Of a stretch of DNA of 64,000 nucleotides, positions 27,420 to 39,995 are shown one piece after another. Source of the stretch: Rhina ancylostomus (taxonomy: Eukaryota). A program made the position numbers and the translations under genes. The DNA lies in the NCBI GenBank assembly GCA_030265395.1, contig JARFYF010000055.1, positions 20,276,896 to 20,340,895 of the forward strand. Direction: 5' to 3'. The first letter of the stretch is position 1; every line of letters begins with the position of its first letter. A model generated the notes under the pieces. That model searched no databases. It had not been told where the DNA came from and worked only from the letters and a program-made list of their open reading frames with translations.

Positions 27420-27620
27420 AAATGCAGCATTGTCAGAAGTCCTGGCCTTCAAGTTAAATATAGACCATATCTGCCCATTCTCATAGTCTAGGTGCATGTT
27501 AAAAATCTTTATACAACATCTGAGGAAGAACGAAAAGCTTTTTTAATTTCCTGGCTACTGTCCTTCCCTATACAATATCTGTTAATATAAATTCATTGTC
27601 TATATATGGATGCTTCCAGG
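27420..27620 (+). mobile_element. DeuSINE-like core fragment
   Basis: TGCAGCATTGTCAGAAGT..TCTGCCC..AGGTGCATGTTAAAAATC..GAAGAA resembles the core of the 16.1 kb SINE. Confidence 0.45.
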
Positions 27621-29899
27621 AACATTAGCATTTATTGCTCATCTCAAGTTGCCTTACTGGAAGTATTGATAAGCTTCCCATTTTATTAATTAGTCGTACA
27701 CTTGGTCAATGTACTCCTACAGTGCCATTCAGTGGGGAGTTCCAGTGGGGAATGGCTGCACATCTCCAAGTTTGAATGGCTCGTGACTTGGTTGGGGATC
27801 TTAGAGATGATGGTGTTCCATGCTACCCTTGTCTTTCTGGATAATAGAGGCATGGTTTTGGGAGGTGCTTTGGAAGAAACCTTGCTGAGCTACAGTAGCA
27901 TTGAACAATTGCATTTAGCCTAGTGATGGAGTGAGTGGATGAGCTGCTAATAAAGCCAACTACTTGTTTCTTGGATAGTTGAAAACAGAAAATGCTGGAA
28001 ATACTCAAGTGGTTTACAAGTGGTATCAGTACACAAGGGAGGTGTCAGACTCATTTTGAATAGTTTTCTCAAAAAAATCTAGAGGAATACAAAAACTTTC
28101 ACGTTAAAGGCAATACAATCATTGCCATTGAATTTTTGTCAGTTTTGCATTTTTATCTCAGATTTATTGAAACAAGAACTGTTTGTAACCCAAGAGAGAA
28201 TCTTCAAAGTGTTGTCTGTTAAATCCTCCCTTTAAAAATGTCTTTAAAGCATCGCTCTACAGCAACAGACTTCAGTGGAATGGGTCTTGGAGACATGGGT
28301 GTCAAAACAAATGGCAATCCATTGTGCCCTTAGAAGTCTGAAACCATTAGATCTTAACATAGGCCTTATTAACATGCCCCAGTACTAATGCCCACCCCAA
28401 TCCAAATCCAGCAGCCTGACCTGTGACTGTTCCCAAAGTGAGTCCAAAAGCTGGAGGGTACGTGAATCAGAGAAATCCACAATCAAGTGGAGAACAGAGG
28501 GGGAGGGGAGATGGTGATTGGAACTCTCTCTCAGCTGGTCCCAAATTATTCTTGCAGTGCTCCTTTGTTATACATACAACCTCCAAAACCCAAATAAAAA
28601 TGTATCCAAGTAGGATCAAGACTTATTCGCTATCAGCTGTTGTGGGCAGACCTAGTGTTAAAATTACATGCACAACCTCATTACATCATGGAATGAAACT
28701 TCACAGCTCAGCTTCAGCCCTCACTCCTCTGAAGCATAGGAATTTCTATATCCGAGTTCAGGCAAGTTAAGATGCAGGTAGCAGAAGTGGGTGGCATTGC
28801 AGAAAGGTAGAAATACATTGGTAACCACCACAGTATTATAATGTTCAACTCCCTCTTCCCCACCCCAACTCCATCATCATTCTTTCCAGGTGGGGATATT
28901 TAGATATAAAATCACACCTAATGCTTTTCAAATTATTTGCATGTTCCCATGGATGAAGAAATCCATTTTGATGGTGGCATGGGGTGGGGTTAGCAGAGTT
29001 AAGGGCATGGCATTTTAAAATGGACAGTCATATTGCTTATCGTCTGATGGTTATAATGAAGACATTCATGTTATCATCAATCAAGTACGCTGTTAAAAAG
29101 AAAATTCACAACACCCAGGGTTGGCAGGAAAATGAGAGGATTCAGAATCAGTGGAATAAAGAAAATACATCAGTCGGATGTCACTATTTTTAAACAAGTC
29201 CCAATATTCTGACCGGATCAAGACTGACCTTCAGAGAAAGAACAGAAGATGTTCCAGCATTTTTCCTGCAGCAAGTCTTGTGCGACTGCTGTGATTCTTT
29301 TCCTTCTAATTTATTGCCAATGACAGCTGAAAGCGCATCGCCCAGCGACTGGACGTGAAGATTGTCAGATGGAATCTGTTAAGGGCTAAGACATCATCAG
29401 CATTCCTGCAGTCCACTCTGTGTCAGTGGTGATTATGTGACAAGTCAAATAATGAGTGACAGCTCCAAACCCACTGAACTGTGCATTTCTACAGCACATC
29501 TCTAATCTGTAAAACCCACTTCACATCTTTGTCTTGAAATTGGGTCCACTTGCACATTTTTAACTGCAAATTATGCATAAAAGCTGTTTGCACATGTTGG
29601 ATTGAACTAGTGATTATTTCTGGATTGAAAAATTGACCTGGGCATGATTCACCCTACTGCATTTGACATTCACATCACATGTATCTAATGATATCATCTG
29701 GTGTACAACATGCATTTACTTGCAGAAATAGCTTGCTAAAGTTGAAACCTGCAAGCTCATAAAAAGACAAGGAACAAACCCACAGCTGACTGACAAAATG
29801 AAACTTAAAGGGTCCCCATTTTCCATCAATGTATTACTCTCTGCATCTGCCAGCCTCTGTTTTGATTCAGAAGCATATATCTAACCGCCTTGGTGGGTG

Positions 29900-30165
29900 T
29901 TCCTTAATTTATTCCCATCCCTTCTACATAATTCACTGCGTAGTTACATGCTGTGATCTCTGCCAGTGTGATAAATCCATGCCTCACAGTAGCATGGAAC
30001 CATTCACGGCACTCAACCTGTATGGACAGCCACAGGAGGACATAGGCAAAGCACACCCATGATGCATACACCCCTCCCCCTGTGGTTTCTCTTATGTCCG
30101 TGACAGCTGCTCCATGGCTGTCATGGAGAAAGGTCCTTTGTGGGTCTGACAGCCTTACCATGCTT
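29900..30165 (-). pseudogene. Possible Harbinger transposase C-terminal relic
   Basis: LSDPQ...HDSHGA...IRETTG resembles P.T.AE..YN.SH..TR..IE.TIG; very degraded. Confidence 0.35.
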
Positions 30166-30473
30166 CATTGCAGCAGTGATGCAGCAGCTGCAATCTCAGC
30201 CAGCAGTTGTTTGGAATCATGCAGACAAAGTTCTTGAACATGAATCAGGGTAAAACAACTACCCTTCTTTTGTCAATTTCCTGTAACTGTTTTGCAGGTC
30301 ACCCAATTGACCACTACTGTTATTAACAAAAGGGTGAACTCCAGTTTCTAGGCATCAGTATTTTAGATGTCTAACCATTAGGCAGTACAGTTTGTACTCC
30401 AGGAACTTGAAATCTTATGATTCTGTAAAATAATTACCAATATGTTGATAAATGTGATTCCTAATGCAATAAT

Positions 30474-31090
30474 GGGTGAGCAGCTTCAAATTCCTGGGCA
30501 ACAATATCTCAGAGGATCTATCTTGAGCCTAACACATTGATGCAATCATGAAGAGCACATGCCAGTGGCTCTGCTTTGTTAGGAGTTTGAGGAGATTTGG
30601 TATGTCACCAAAGGCCCTTGCAAATTTCTACAGATGTACAGTGGAGAGCATTCTGACTGGTTGCATCACCGCCTGGTACAGAGGATCCCAATGCACAGGA
30701 TCGAAAGAGGCTGCAGAGGGTCATAGACTCAGCCAGCTCCATCACAGGCACAACCCTCCCCGCCATGGAAGACATCTTCAAGAAGCGGTGCCTCAAGAAG
30801 GTGGCATCCATCATTAAGGACCTTCACCATCTGAGACATGCCCTCTTCACATTACTACCATCTGGAAGGAAGTACAGAAGCCTGCACTCAATATTTTAGG
30901 AACAGCTTCTTCCCCTCTGCCATCAGATTTCTGAATGGTCCATGAAGCCAGGAACACTATCTCATTATTCTTCTATTGCACTATTTTGTTTTGTAACTTA
31001 TAGTAATTTTTATGTCTTGCACTGTACTGCTGTCACGCAACAATAAATTTCATGACATATGTCAGTGATAATAAATCTGATTCTGATTCT
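30474..31090 (+). mobile_element. Rex1/Babar LINE 3' fragment (RT C-terminal / DUF1891-like region)
   Basis: ORF 30548 reads QWLCFVRSLRRFGMSPKALANFYRCTVESILTGCITAWY; downstream HALFTLLPSGRKYRSL and FRNSFFPSAIRFLN; (TCTGAT)n tail. Confidence 0.9.
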
Positions 31091-31759
31091 ATAATCAACA
31101 CTTTTGACTCATAAAGAACTATTTTGAACAAAATCCATCACAAATTGCCAAAATCTAGGCATTTTATAAGGCTCCATTAGGCAAAGCCAGAGACAGACAA
31201 AAACAAATAACACCATCTTTATTCCCACCTCAGTGGAAAACTCCGATGTATCATTTTTTTTGTTTCCTTTCCTTCATTAGACTACAATGCACTACCAAAA
31301 TATGCATGGAAATATAGTATCTCATAGTCCTTCTCACTCTTTGGAATAAAAGCAGGGTGAAATTTGACATGGCCAATGACCAAAGTGGAAGTGCTTTGGC
31401 CAGTTGTTAATCAGTTTTGTTGAAACTGAACACTGGACAGAACATACAACAGAAAGCAATTCAACAGCACCTGTTTTGCATCCCCTACTTTGTGCATCTT
31501 CAGTGCTGACATACTATAATCCTTCCATTATGATTCCAGCCTTTGGAAATACAATGCACCATATCCCTTTCTATTGACTAACTATATATTGTAATAACAT
31601 ATATTGGATTGGACTCATTTAGGTGTTTTAAAATGTTGTTATATGAAAGTGTATATAAAGTTCTTTGAAAGTGAGCAATCTATGAAGCAATAAGTCTCAA
31701 GCTGTATGGTTCCCAATGGGAGTTCCACAAAAAGCTCACAATTGTCACACCATTGAACA

Positions 31760-32005
31760 GTTCCCTAGTATGATAAGATGGACTCTTGACCTCACAATCT
31801 GCCTCACTATGACTTCCACCTTATTGTCTACATGCACAGCACTTTCTTTGCAGCTATTACACTTTATTCTGCATTCTGTTATTGTTTTACCTTGTACAAC
31901 CTCAAAGCATTGTATAATGAATTGATCAGTATGAATGGTATGCAAGACAAGTTTTTCTTTCCACTGCACCTTGGTACATGTGACAATAATAAACCAATCC
32001 CAATT
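31760..32005 (+). mobile_element. Rex-Babar 3'UTR fragment
   Basis: Matches 25920-26130 (CACTTTATTCTGCATTCTG...GTGACAATAATAAACCAAT). Confidence 0.7.
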
Positions 32006-34084
32006 CATTGCTGCACTGATCACAGGGAATGACATCAGACCTTCATAGACTACTCCCATTGGAAGCCACAGATCAACTACTTAAAAGACTGCCATGGAGG
32101 CAAAGAAAAGGCAGGGGAGGGGGAACAAAGCAAACTTCTGTGTATCTGGCCACTGCCCATTGAACCACATACATTGGGTCAATTGAAAGGCATGGTGCTA
32201 GTCTTGTTATGCAGTTGCATGTGCATTTGAAACTAAATAAAGGTCACAATGAATCCCATCTTGAAGTACGTGGCCCAACCCAGTGAAGGTCACAATTTTA
32301 CCCAGAAATGATTACCAATGCTACAATTGCTCTTGCATTACACAGCACGAACAAAAACAAACTCCAAGCAATCCAATTTCAAACCAATTGTTTCCCACCC
32401 AAGTTTAATATAAATAAGCCGAATTGGAGTACTCATACCAATCATACCTTAATCACACCTTAAAGTCAATAATGAGTTGATCCATTGCTAAGTTTTAGGT
32501 ACTTGACTAATAATCCAGAAGTGGGAGAAAGGAAAATCAGCAATAAATCAATAATGGGCTAGAAATAAACACAAGTATAAGAATTAAACAAGTTGTTGAA
32601 CAACTGAATTGTAACACAAAACATTAAAGTGTTTTAATTCAAGTTCTATTTTCTCCATCCCGTGTAGCTCAAGGTCAAGATGGTAAAGATAAAAATTCTA
32701 AAGTGAAATTGTAAGATTTACAAATAGGCTTCCACATCTACACTCAGCTCTAACTTACTAACCCTCTTGGCCCTTCTAACGTCTATGATTTGTCACATTG
32801 CATAGTAGTTCCAAAAGTTTAATAGATCCTCAAATGTTGTTTATATATTTAGGGGCTTCCCTTTGACTCCTAGAATAAAACTACATTTTCCAAGTGTATT
32901 TCCTAAATAGCAAATAGGATATTAGGAAAAACGAACAACAATATTCACAATTTATCTTTTTTAAGACACGCATTTATCTTTTTAAGTGGCCAGTTTGGAA
33001 GCAGATGTCTTTTAATATTGCTTACCTTTGTGCTTTATGACACAGATGTCTGATGCAAATTAGTCATGGGTGAAGATTTGTCATTGGCACAGCATTCTGG
33101 GGTCATTCTGTGAACTTTTGAAATGATGTCAATATAAAATCACATTGAAGTGGTAAAATAGCACTACTTCAGGGTAAACATAAATCAACAGGAAATGTTC
33201 AAAAATTCTATATGTAAATATGCCTTAAAGGGATCTGTCAAGTGTAGTTATTGTGTCTGGATTACAGTCACCACAGGCAAGAGAAGTGGGTGAAAGCAAT
33301 CCCTGATAACCTCAATCTTTGAGGGTCAATCCCAGTTACTGACCCTCCACAATCTTGACAGGCTATTAGATTTAGTAAAGAGCAGTGTGAAGAGTTGTTA
33401 ACAATTAGATTCAAACTCCACGATAGGAGAAAGGTTAAATTACCATATATAAGCAGAAATCTTTACACTTCTGTAATTTACAATTTTTGTGCAGGGAGCC
33501 AATGAATCTTTGAAGTGACATGGCAAGTGTTGGTGATCCTATTCTTGATGGGTGAAGATTCATCATAGCCTTTAACATTATTAATTGAGTGGCGAATGCT
33601 GACAACTAAATAGTGTCATTCGGAATTAACTGAAACATTTCCACTATTTAAGAGACTATAATATTGTGCATTAACAATTCACAGAGTTTTCTATTATGTT
33701 AGACATACATTACTGAATAGTAATTGAATATTGATGCACAATACATCTGTGAGATTATCACCTTCATCCAATTGAGCATTTAGTGCTGAGAAATGGCCAA
33801 TTGCATAGTGAAGTATCGATTAAATGAGGAAAGAGATTTTCATTCAGATCAAATACATCTTCAGAGCTGAGCTCCTGTGAATATATCTGTGATCTACATG
33901 TAAGCAAGTTTTGGGAATTGTAGGATAAAGATAGGAACACTGATAGATCAAGTGAGGTGTTATGGTTTGTGGAAAGAGAGATTCGTGCTGCTATTTGTGT
34001 TTTAGGTTTACTCAGTGTATTTTTATGTGAGTTATAATTATTTTTCCCTCAGTCCTTTGTGCAAAGTATAATCAGTATCGTTTT

Positions 34085-34525
34085 GGGAGTTTGTATGTTC
34101 TCCCCGTGTCTGCGTGGGTTTCCCCTGGGTCCTCTCACATTCCAAAGACGTTAGGAAGTTGTGGGCATGCTATGTTTGTGCTGGAAGCATGGCGACACTT
34201 GTGGGCTGCCCACAGAACACTCTACACAAAAAGAAGCATTTCACTGTGTGATTTGATGTANNNNNNNNNNNNNNNNNNNNNNNNNNNNNNNNNNNNNNNN
34301 NNNNNNNNNNNNNNNNNNNNNNNNNNNNNNNNNNNNNNNNNNNNNNNNNNNNNNNNNNNNTCCCACATTCTAAAGACATATGGGTTGGGAAGTTGTGGGC
34401 ATGCTATGTTGGTGCTGGAAGCATGGCGACACTTGTGGGCTGCCCCCAGAACACTCTACACAAAAAGATGCATTTCACTGTGTGATTTGATGTACATGTG
34501 ACTAATAAAGATATCGTATCTTATT
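34085..34525 (+). mobile_element. SINE (V-SINE-like core), duplicated across an assembly gap
   Basis: GGAGTTTGTATGTTCTCCCCGTGTCTGCGTGGGTTTCC is the V-domain core; 34133-34260 recurs at 34361-34494. Confidence 0.7.
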
Positions 34526-34679
34526 TCAAGTGGTGCAATGAGTAGAATGTATTAATGAAATTACCGGGAGCAAAACAACTTGATTCTCCAAACTCTGGTG
34601 TGCACAGTGTTTCCAATCTTGAATGAACTATGAGTTGTCCTCATTAGAGCAAAGGTGGGGTGATTTAATTGGTATTCAA

Positions 34680-34990
34680 AATTATGAAGTGATTTGCAAG
34701 GATGGATGGGAACAAACTTTTGCTACTAGCAGCAGGAAAGTTAAGAAACCTGACTAACATTTTTAAGCAACAAAATAAGAGAGAGATAAGAAATTTGTTT
34801 TTACAGTAGTTTTTATAGTCCAGAATGTGCTGACAAAGTGAATTAAAAACAGATTTAATAGTAACTTTCAAGAAGGCTTCAATATACTCTTCAGAAGGAA
34901 TACTTTACAGGACTTTGTGAGAAGAAGCATCCGTTGCATAGCGCTCGGCCTGATGAGTTGAATAGCCTCCTTTAATTCTGTAAAATTCTA
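34680..34990 (+). mobile_element. Old CR1 3' fragment
   Basis: Decayed FKIMK.F....KLF..., AGAAATTTGTTTTTACAG and GTTGAATAGCCTCCTT tail. Confidence 0.55.
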
Positions 34991-35229
34991 GCTGACGGGA
35001 GAGAGGGTGCCATATTAGAGTTAGACATGCTGTGCTCCAGTCAAATAGTGGTGTGGTATAGGAAAAGAATCTAAACACAATGGCTGGAATTTGTGATGAG
35101 AATAACATTGTAGCCATCAGCACTCATTGCTTTAATGAAGGATATCTAACAGCAGCTTTTGCATAACACATATGCAGTTAAAAGCAGAAATTCCGAAGGT
35201 GTTAAAATTGATTCTTTTCTCCCCAAGAA

Positions 35230-37280
35230 GGAACACTTTTCTAGTCTATCTAAAAGTTGTTGTGGTCTGCAGTTCCACTTTATTCTTTACCACACTTGGT
35301 GCAGCAACAGGCAACATTTTTTCTTCCTGTCATCTGCCAAAGAGCTCTTGAAATCCAATATGACTTCCAGCTTTTCTTCTCCTTTACTTTCTTCTGATCC
35401 CATCCCTCAGCACAGTTCCATCCCCTGCTGTATTTTCACCATCTCTTCAAATCTTTCACTGTGATCCCAAGCAATCAATTTTCAGCAGAGGCCTCAGCTT
35501 CATTCCCCACACTCTCATCTTAATGAATTCCATGACAGTGAATTCTCCTTCCAACGTCTCTGCCTTTGTGTCCAATTCATTGGCCAGGAGTCTTCACCTC
35601 AGACTGTAGTCCCTTTCTCCCATCTCCAGAATTCCCAATCCCAACTAGATGATGTTTAAAGCAGACATACAATCTCTCCACACACACACACCCCACAACA
35701 GGAAGGCCTGAGGGCACTCCGTTTCTTTCTTGAACAGAGACCCAACTATTTCACTGGCACCAACAAGACATTTTGCTTGGCTGAACTCTTGTACAACTTT
35801 TCCTTCAACTCCACTTACTTCTCCCTGATCAAAGGAGTGACTATTGAAACTTAAATGGGCCACATGTGAAACCTGCTCTTTGGGTGCCTTTCTTATGGCA
35901 CAACTGCAAGAGAGGCAACACCTATCCTTTTATTTCTTCCCTTCCCAACATTCAGGGACTCAAATGGCCAGGTGAAGCAGCAATTCACTTGCACTTCTTC
36001 CAATCTACTATAGTGCATTCAGTGTTCACAATGTGGTTTTCCCTGCATTGAAGAAACTAAATACAGATTAGGAGGCCACTCTTCAGAGCACCTGCATTCA
36101 ATCCAGGAGGTGCAATTCTGAACTTCCAGTCACTTACCACTTCAATTCTCCATCCCACTTCGACCTATCTGTCCTCCTAAACTGTTACATCGATGTCCAA
36201 AATAAACGAGGAACGGTGCCTCATCTACCATCTGGATATATGTTGCAGCCTTCCAGACTCAGTATTAAAATTCTACAACTTCAGGTAACTTGCTTTCTCC
36301 TTCTGTATCAAACAGGTCACACATTAATGCAATTACAAAGAAAGTTTGCCAGTGGCTCTACTTCATTAGGAGTTTGAGGAGATTTGGTATGTCACTAAAG
36401 ACTCTTATAATAGATGTATGGTGGAGAGCATTCTGACTGGTTGCATCACAGTCAGGTATGGATGCTCCAATGCACAGGATTGCAAGACACTGCAGAGGTT
36501 GTAGATTCAGCAAGCTCCATCATGGGCACAACCCTGTCTACCATCGAGGACATCTCAAGAAGCTGGCATCCATCACTATGGACCCTCGCCATCTGGGACA
36601 TGCCCTCTTCTCATTACTACCATCAGGGAGGAGGTACAGGAGCCCGAAGACCTACACTCAACATTTCAGAAACAGCTTCTTCCCCTCCGCCATCAGATTT
36701 CTGAACAGTCCATGAACCCAGCTCACTATTCCTTTTATTCTGCACTATTTATTTATTTTGTTGTTAATAGTAATTTTATGTCTTTGCACTGTACTGCTAC
36801 CACAAAACAACTAATTTCACATCATAAGACAATGATAATGAATCTGATTCTAATTCTTCTGTAAGGCATTGATAAGTCTGTGACATTCGCTCAGTTTTTC
36901 TCCCTCCATTAGCACAACCTGACCTGTTGGGCAGGTCCTACAGCCTTACATTTTACAACTTTTTATGCTCATTTGTTTGCATTCTCACTCTCTAACTGCT
37001 CCCCAACCTTGACCATCATTAATTAAATGACTTATTCAACTTATTCCCCCGGCAACCCTGCCATCATCCTATCACAAATACTCTTTATCCTTCCATTCCT
37101 CCAATACTTACCTACAGATTAATGTTAACTTGTTTTCTCTTTCCCAGTTCTGTCAAAGGGTCTTTAATCTGAAACATTAACTCTTTTTCTCTTTCCACAG
37201 ATAAAGCCTGACCTTCTGAGAGTTTCCAGCATTTTCTGTTTTATTTCAGATTTCTAGCATCTGCAGTTTTTTGATTTTCA
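35230..37280 (+). mobile_element. Internally deleted Penelope-like element (N-terminus, RT, GIY-YIG, terminal repeat)
   Basis: SRGLSFIP..LNEF (about 35480); QEGLRALRFFLEQRPN..LAEL..NFSFNS...IKGV (35700-35860, RT); CKRGNTYPFISSLPNIQG..FTCTSSNL..CIQCSQC (35900-36050); terminal repeat 37145-37280. Confidence 0.85.
36316..36855 (+). mobile_element. Rex1/Babar LINE 3' fragment nested in the Penelope element
   Basis: HALFSLLPSGRRYRSPKTYTQHFRNSFFPSAIRFLNS; colinear with 30474-31090. Confidence 0.9.
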
Positions 37281-38149
37281 CTCCTCCAAGCTCATCTGAT
37301 GTAATCAGAACATGAATAAGAATCTTAACCATTTATAACTTATTCAAAATATACTGAAAATTTTACAGCTTGTTTCATGAAGTGTAACTGAGTTTACAAT
37401 ACTATACTAAGCCATAAATAATACCCTATCTGGCCCTGAAAAAGAACTAATTTATACTTCTGGATTGTCATTCTCTTACTTATTTTTAAAACAAAGTTGT
37501 TATTAGTTTTTTTTTAATTTCTATATTAATAGTATACATATGTGCCAATTTTTATGTTGATCTCTATAAAAAGTTTAAAATATTAATTAAAATTAGTGTT
37601 TCTTACTTGCATTCTGTAAGAATTCTTCCACATGATTACTGCTCAAACTGCTTAATGCATCACAGTTACAAGAATTCACTATAAACAGAATACATGTTGG
37701 AGCAGTAAAGCATTGTGGAAAGCCACATTCATAATGTAGCCAAAATAACTCATTTGTGGTTCTCAGAAGTCATGTAATCAGTGTTTTCATGTTAGTTATC
37801 CTTCCCAAAATGAATCCTTTCTTTGTGTGGGATGTCATAACATAGAACCATAGAAATGCTAAAACACAGAAAGACAAATGTTCTCTCAAATCAATGTCTG
37901 GGTTTTTACCCACCAAAGCCATGCTCTTAATTCCACTTCTGCTCACTCTTCCTACCCTTTGACAATTTGTTTATTCAGACAATTTTCTAATTCCCTTCCT
38001 AAAAGAATGAATATACATTGCTTTATTAATAATTTCTGTCAAACAATTGCACATCTTGACAATGTTGGAGGTAAAATTGGAATACCATTGCAAATAGAAG
38101 GAAAGATCACAATGCACAATTAGCCCATGCCTACTCTTTGCACTGCAGG

Positions 38150-39500
38150 CATGGCAGCTACTTTGTGCTGCTCGGTTATTCCCATACTCTCTGCGTGCCT
38201 GTCTAGTACAAATTAACCCTGGCCTACACCTCTGAAAGAGGAAAGAATGCTGTGGCTGTGGGAGTTGCTGGGGTCATTGTGAATATTGATGAGTGGGAAA
38301 ATCCCCAGTGGTTATCTATGTGCTGAAATAAGGGACAAGATAGAAAGGGGAAATATACCCTGTACCCTCAGAAACCCTGCCAGCACATGCTCAAGAGACA
38401 GTGGCAAGAGATAATGATTAATGCTGAGAACATAGATGCAAGTACCTGTAAGTAGTATAGGGTAAAGGTCAATGATGACACATGAGTTGCTACAGTTGCT
38501 GAATGCATCTTCAAATACCATATCCTACCAACTGCACCAAAAGCCTCAACCATTGCTCAATTCATTGACCTCCTACCACCCATCTACCAAGGATCTCCAT
38601 CAATCAGGATAGAGACTAACATTCATGGTGTATTTCACCCTTACACCATTCCACAAGTATTACATCAACATTTCAGCCAGGTGTTAACCATGACAAACAC
38701 ATCAACCAAATATAATGCATGATCATCATGAACATACTTCCCTATTCCTTGCGAAGGAGAGCTCACACAACAGGGAGCAGAGCTATATGTGTGAATGCCC
38801 AAAGACATTGTTTGCCTTTTACAAAGATAACTGCAGATGCAAGACTGAAGTGATTGAAGATTATGTTACCTGTATAGTCCATATCTCACCCCTTTCCCCT
38901 TATCACTCAATCTATTTGGCATTTCACAGTGCTGTCACTAGCTCAGATACACACAATGCAAGGACAAGTGGCGAGATTTGCATGTAGTGAGAAACCTGCT
39001 ACAAATGGACATCAGCCAGGGCAGGAGGGAGGAATAGCATAAGTACTAGCTTGTCAGGTGGTAAAATCACAGGAACTCTGCTGCAAAGAACAAATGAGGA
39101 TTATGATGGGACAGCCTACAGAAGACAACTAAAGGATGACAATAAATGCTTGATGCACTGGAAATGCTGCTAGAAAGACCATATTCAACACCAAGAGGAT
39201 AAAGGAATTTGTAACAAAACTGGCATAGGGCACAGAGCCTTAACTTTCCAATATCGAATAGATAGCCAGCTCCATTCAACACTATGATGCATCATTTAAT
39301 GATGACTACTGCAGCTTCCATCATAACATGGCCCAATATTCGAGTTAGAGTTCAAAACATGGTAATACAATTTCAGTTTCCTATTAAGGAACATCAGCCC
39401 AATGCCATCATGGCTCAGGAAACCAGAGTGTAAATGGAATTGTGGAACATCACACTGTCCAGACTGCAAGCATTACTGTGAGGTTGTACCAGGACAGTGA
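38150..39500 (+). mobile_element. Possible decayed Harbinger Myb-like gene region
   Basis: TPLKEERML (about 38226), SSHNRE (about 38760) and CACTAGCTCAGATAC (about 38937), similar to the 19870-19910 segment. Fragment order is not cleanly colinear; weak. Confidence 0.3.
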
Positions 39501-39779
39501 CAGTGATCAATACAGCATAAACCTACCATCTTCCCTCATGATGGCAGTACCCATTCTCAAATCCCCCTCAAACTCGCAATCTTTCTGTGCCAAATATTCT
39601 ATCATTCTCCTAACCTGCCTTGTAGGAAGTGGCAAGGATCCAAGAAGTCAGAAAGTGAATCCATTGTCATAGAATACCCTACTCTAGTTGCCACACTTGA
39701 TTGACATTCCATACACACCTTAAGTATTCACTCCCTATTTCTTAAATACATCATAAATGCTTGTATACCATCTATGAGG

Positions 39780-39995
39780 TATGATGCAGCAACTCAAGAA
39801 GGCCCCTTTGACAGCATCTCTTAAATGTGCCTAGAAGCAGGTATAAGAGAACACAACTTGTAAGCTCCCTCCAAGCTGCACATCACCCTGACTTGTAAGT
39901 ACAGTATATCGCCAATCCTTCATCATTATTGAGTCAAAATTCTCAAACTCCCTGTGCATTAGCACAGTAGGCATATGTTAACTTCATGACTGCAG
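39780..39995 (+). mobile_element. Non-LTR element 3' fragment
   Basis: CACCCTGACTTG..TATATCGCC..CCTTCATCATT..GAGTCAAAATTCTCAAACTCCC..AGCAC resembles an elasmobranch LINE/SINE 3' segment as I recall it. Confidence 0.55.

Noticed and set aside
34133-34494. Apparent tandem SINE duplication
   Set aside because: The copies flank a 100-N gap; may be haplotype or mis-joined copies and cannot be trusted without long reads.
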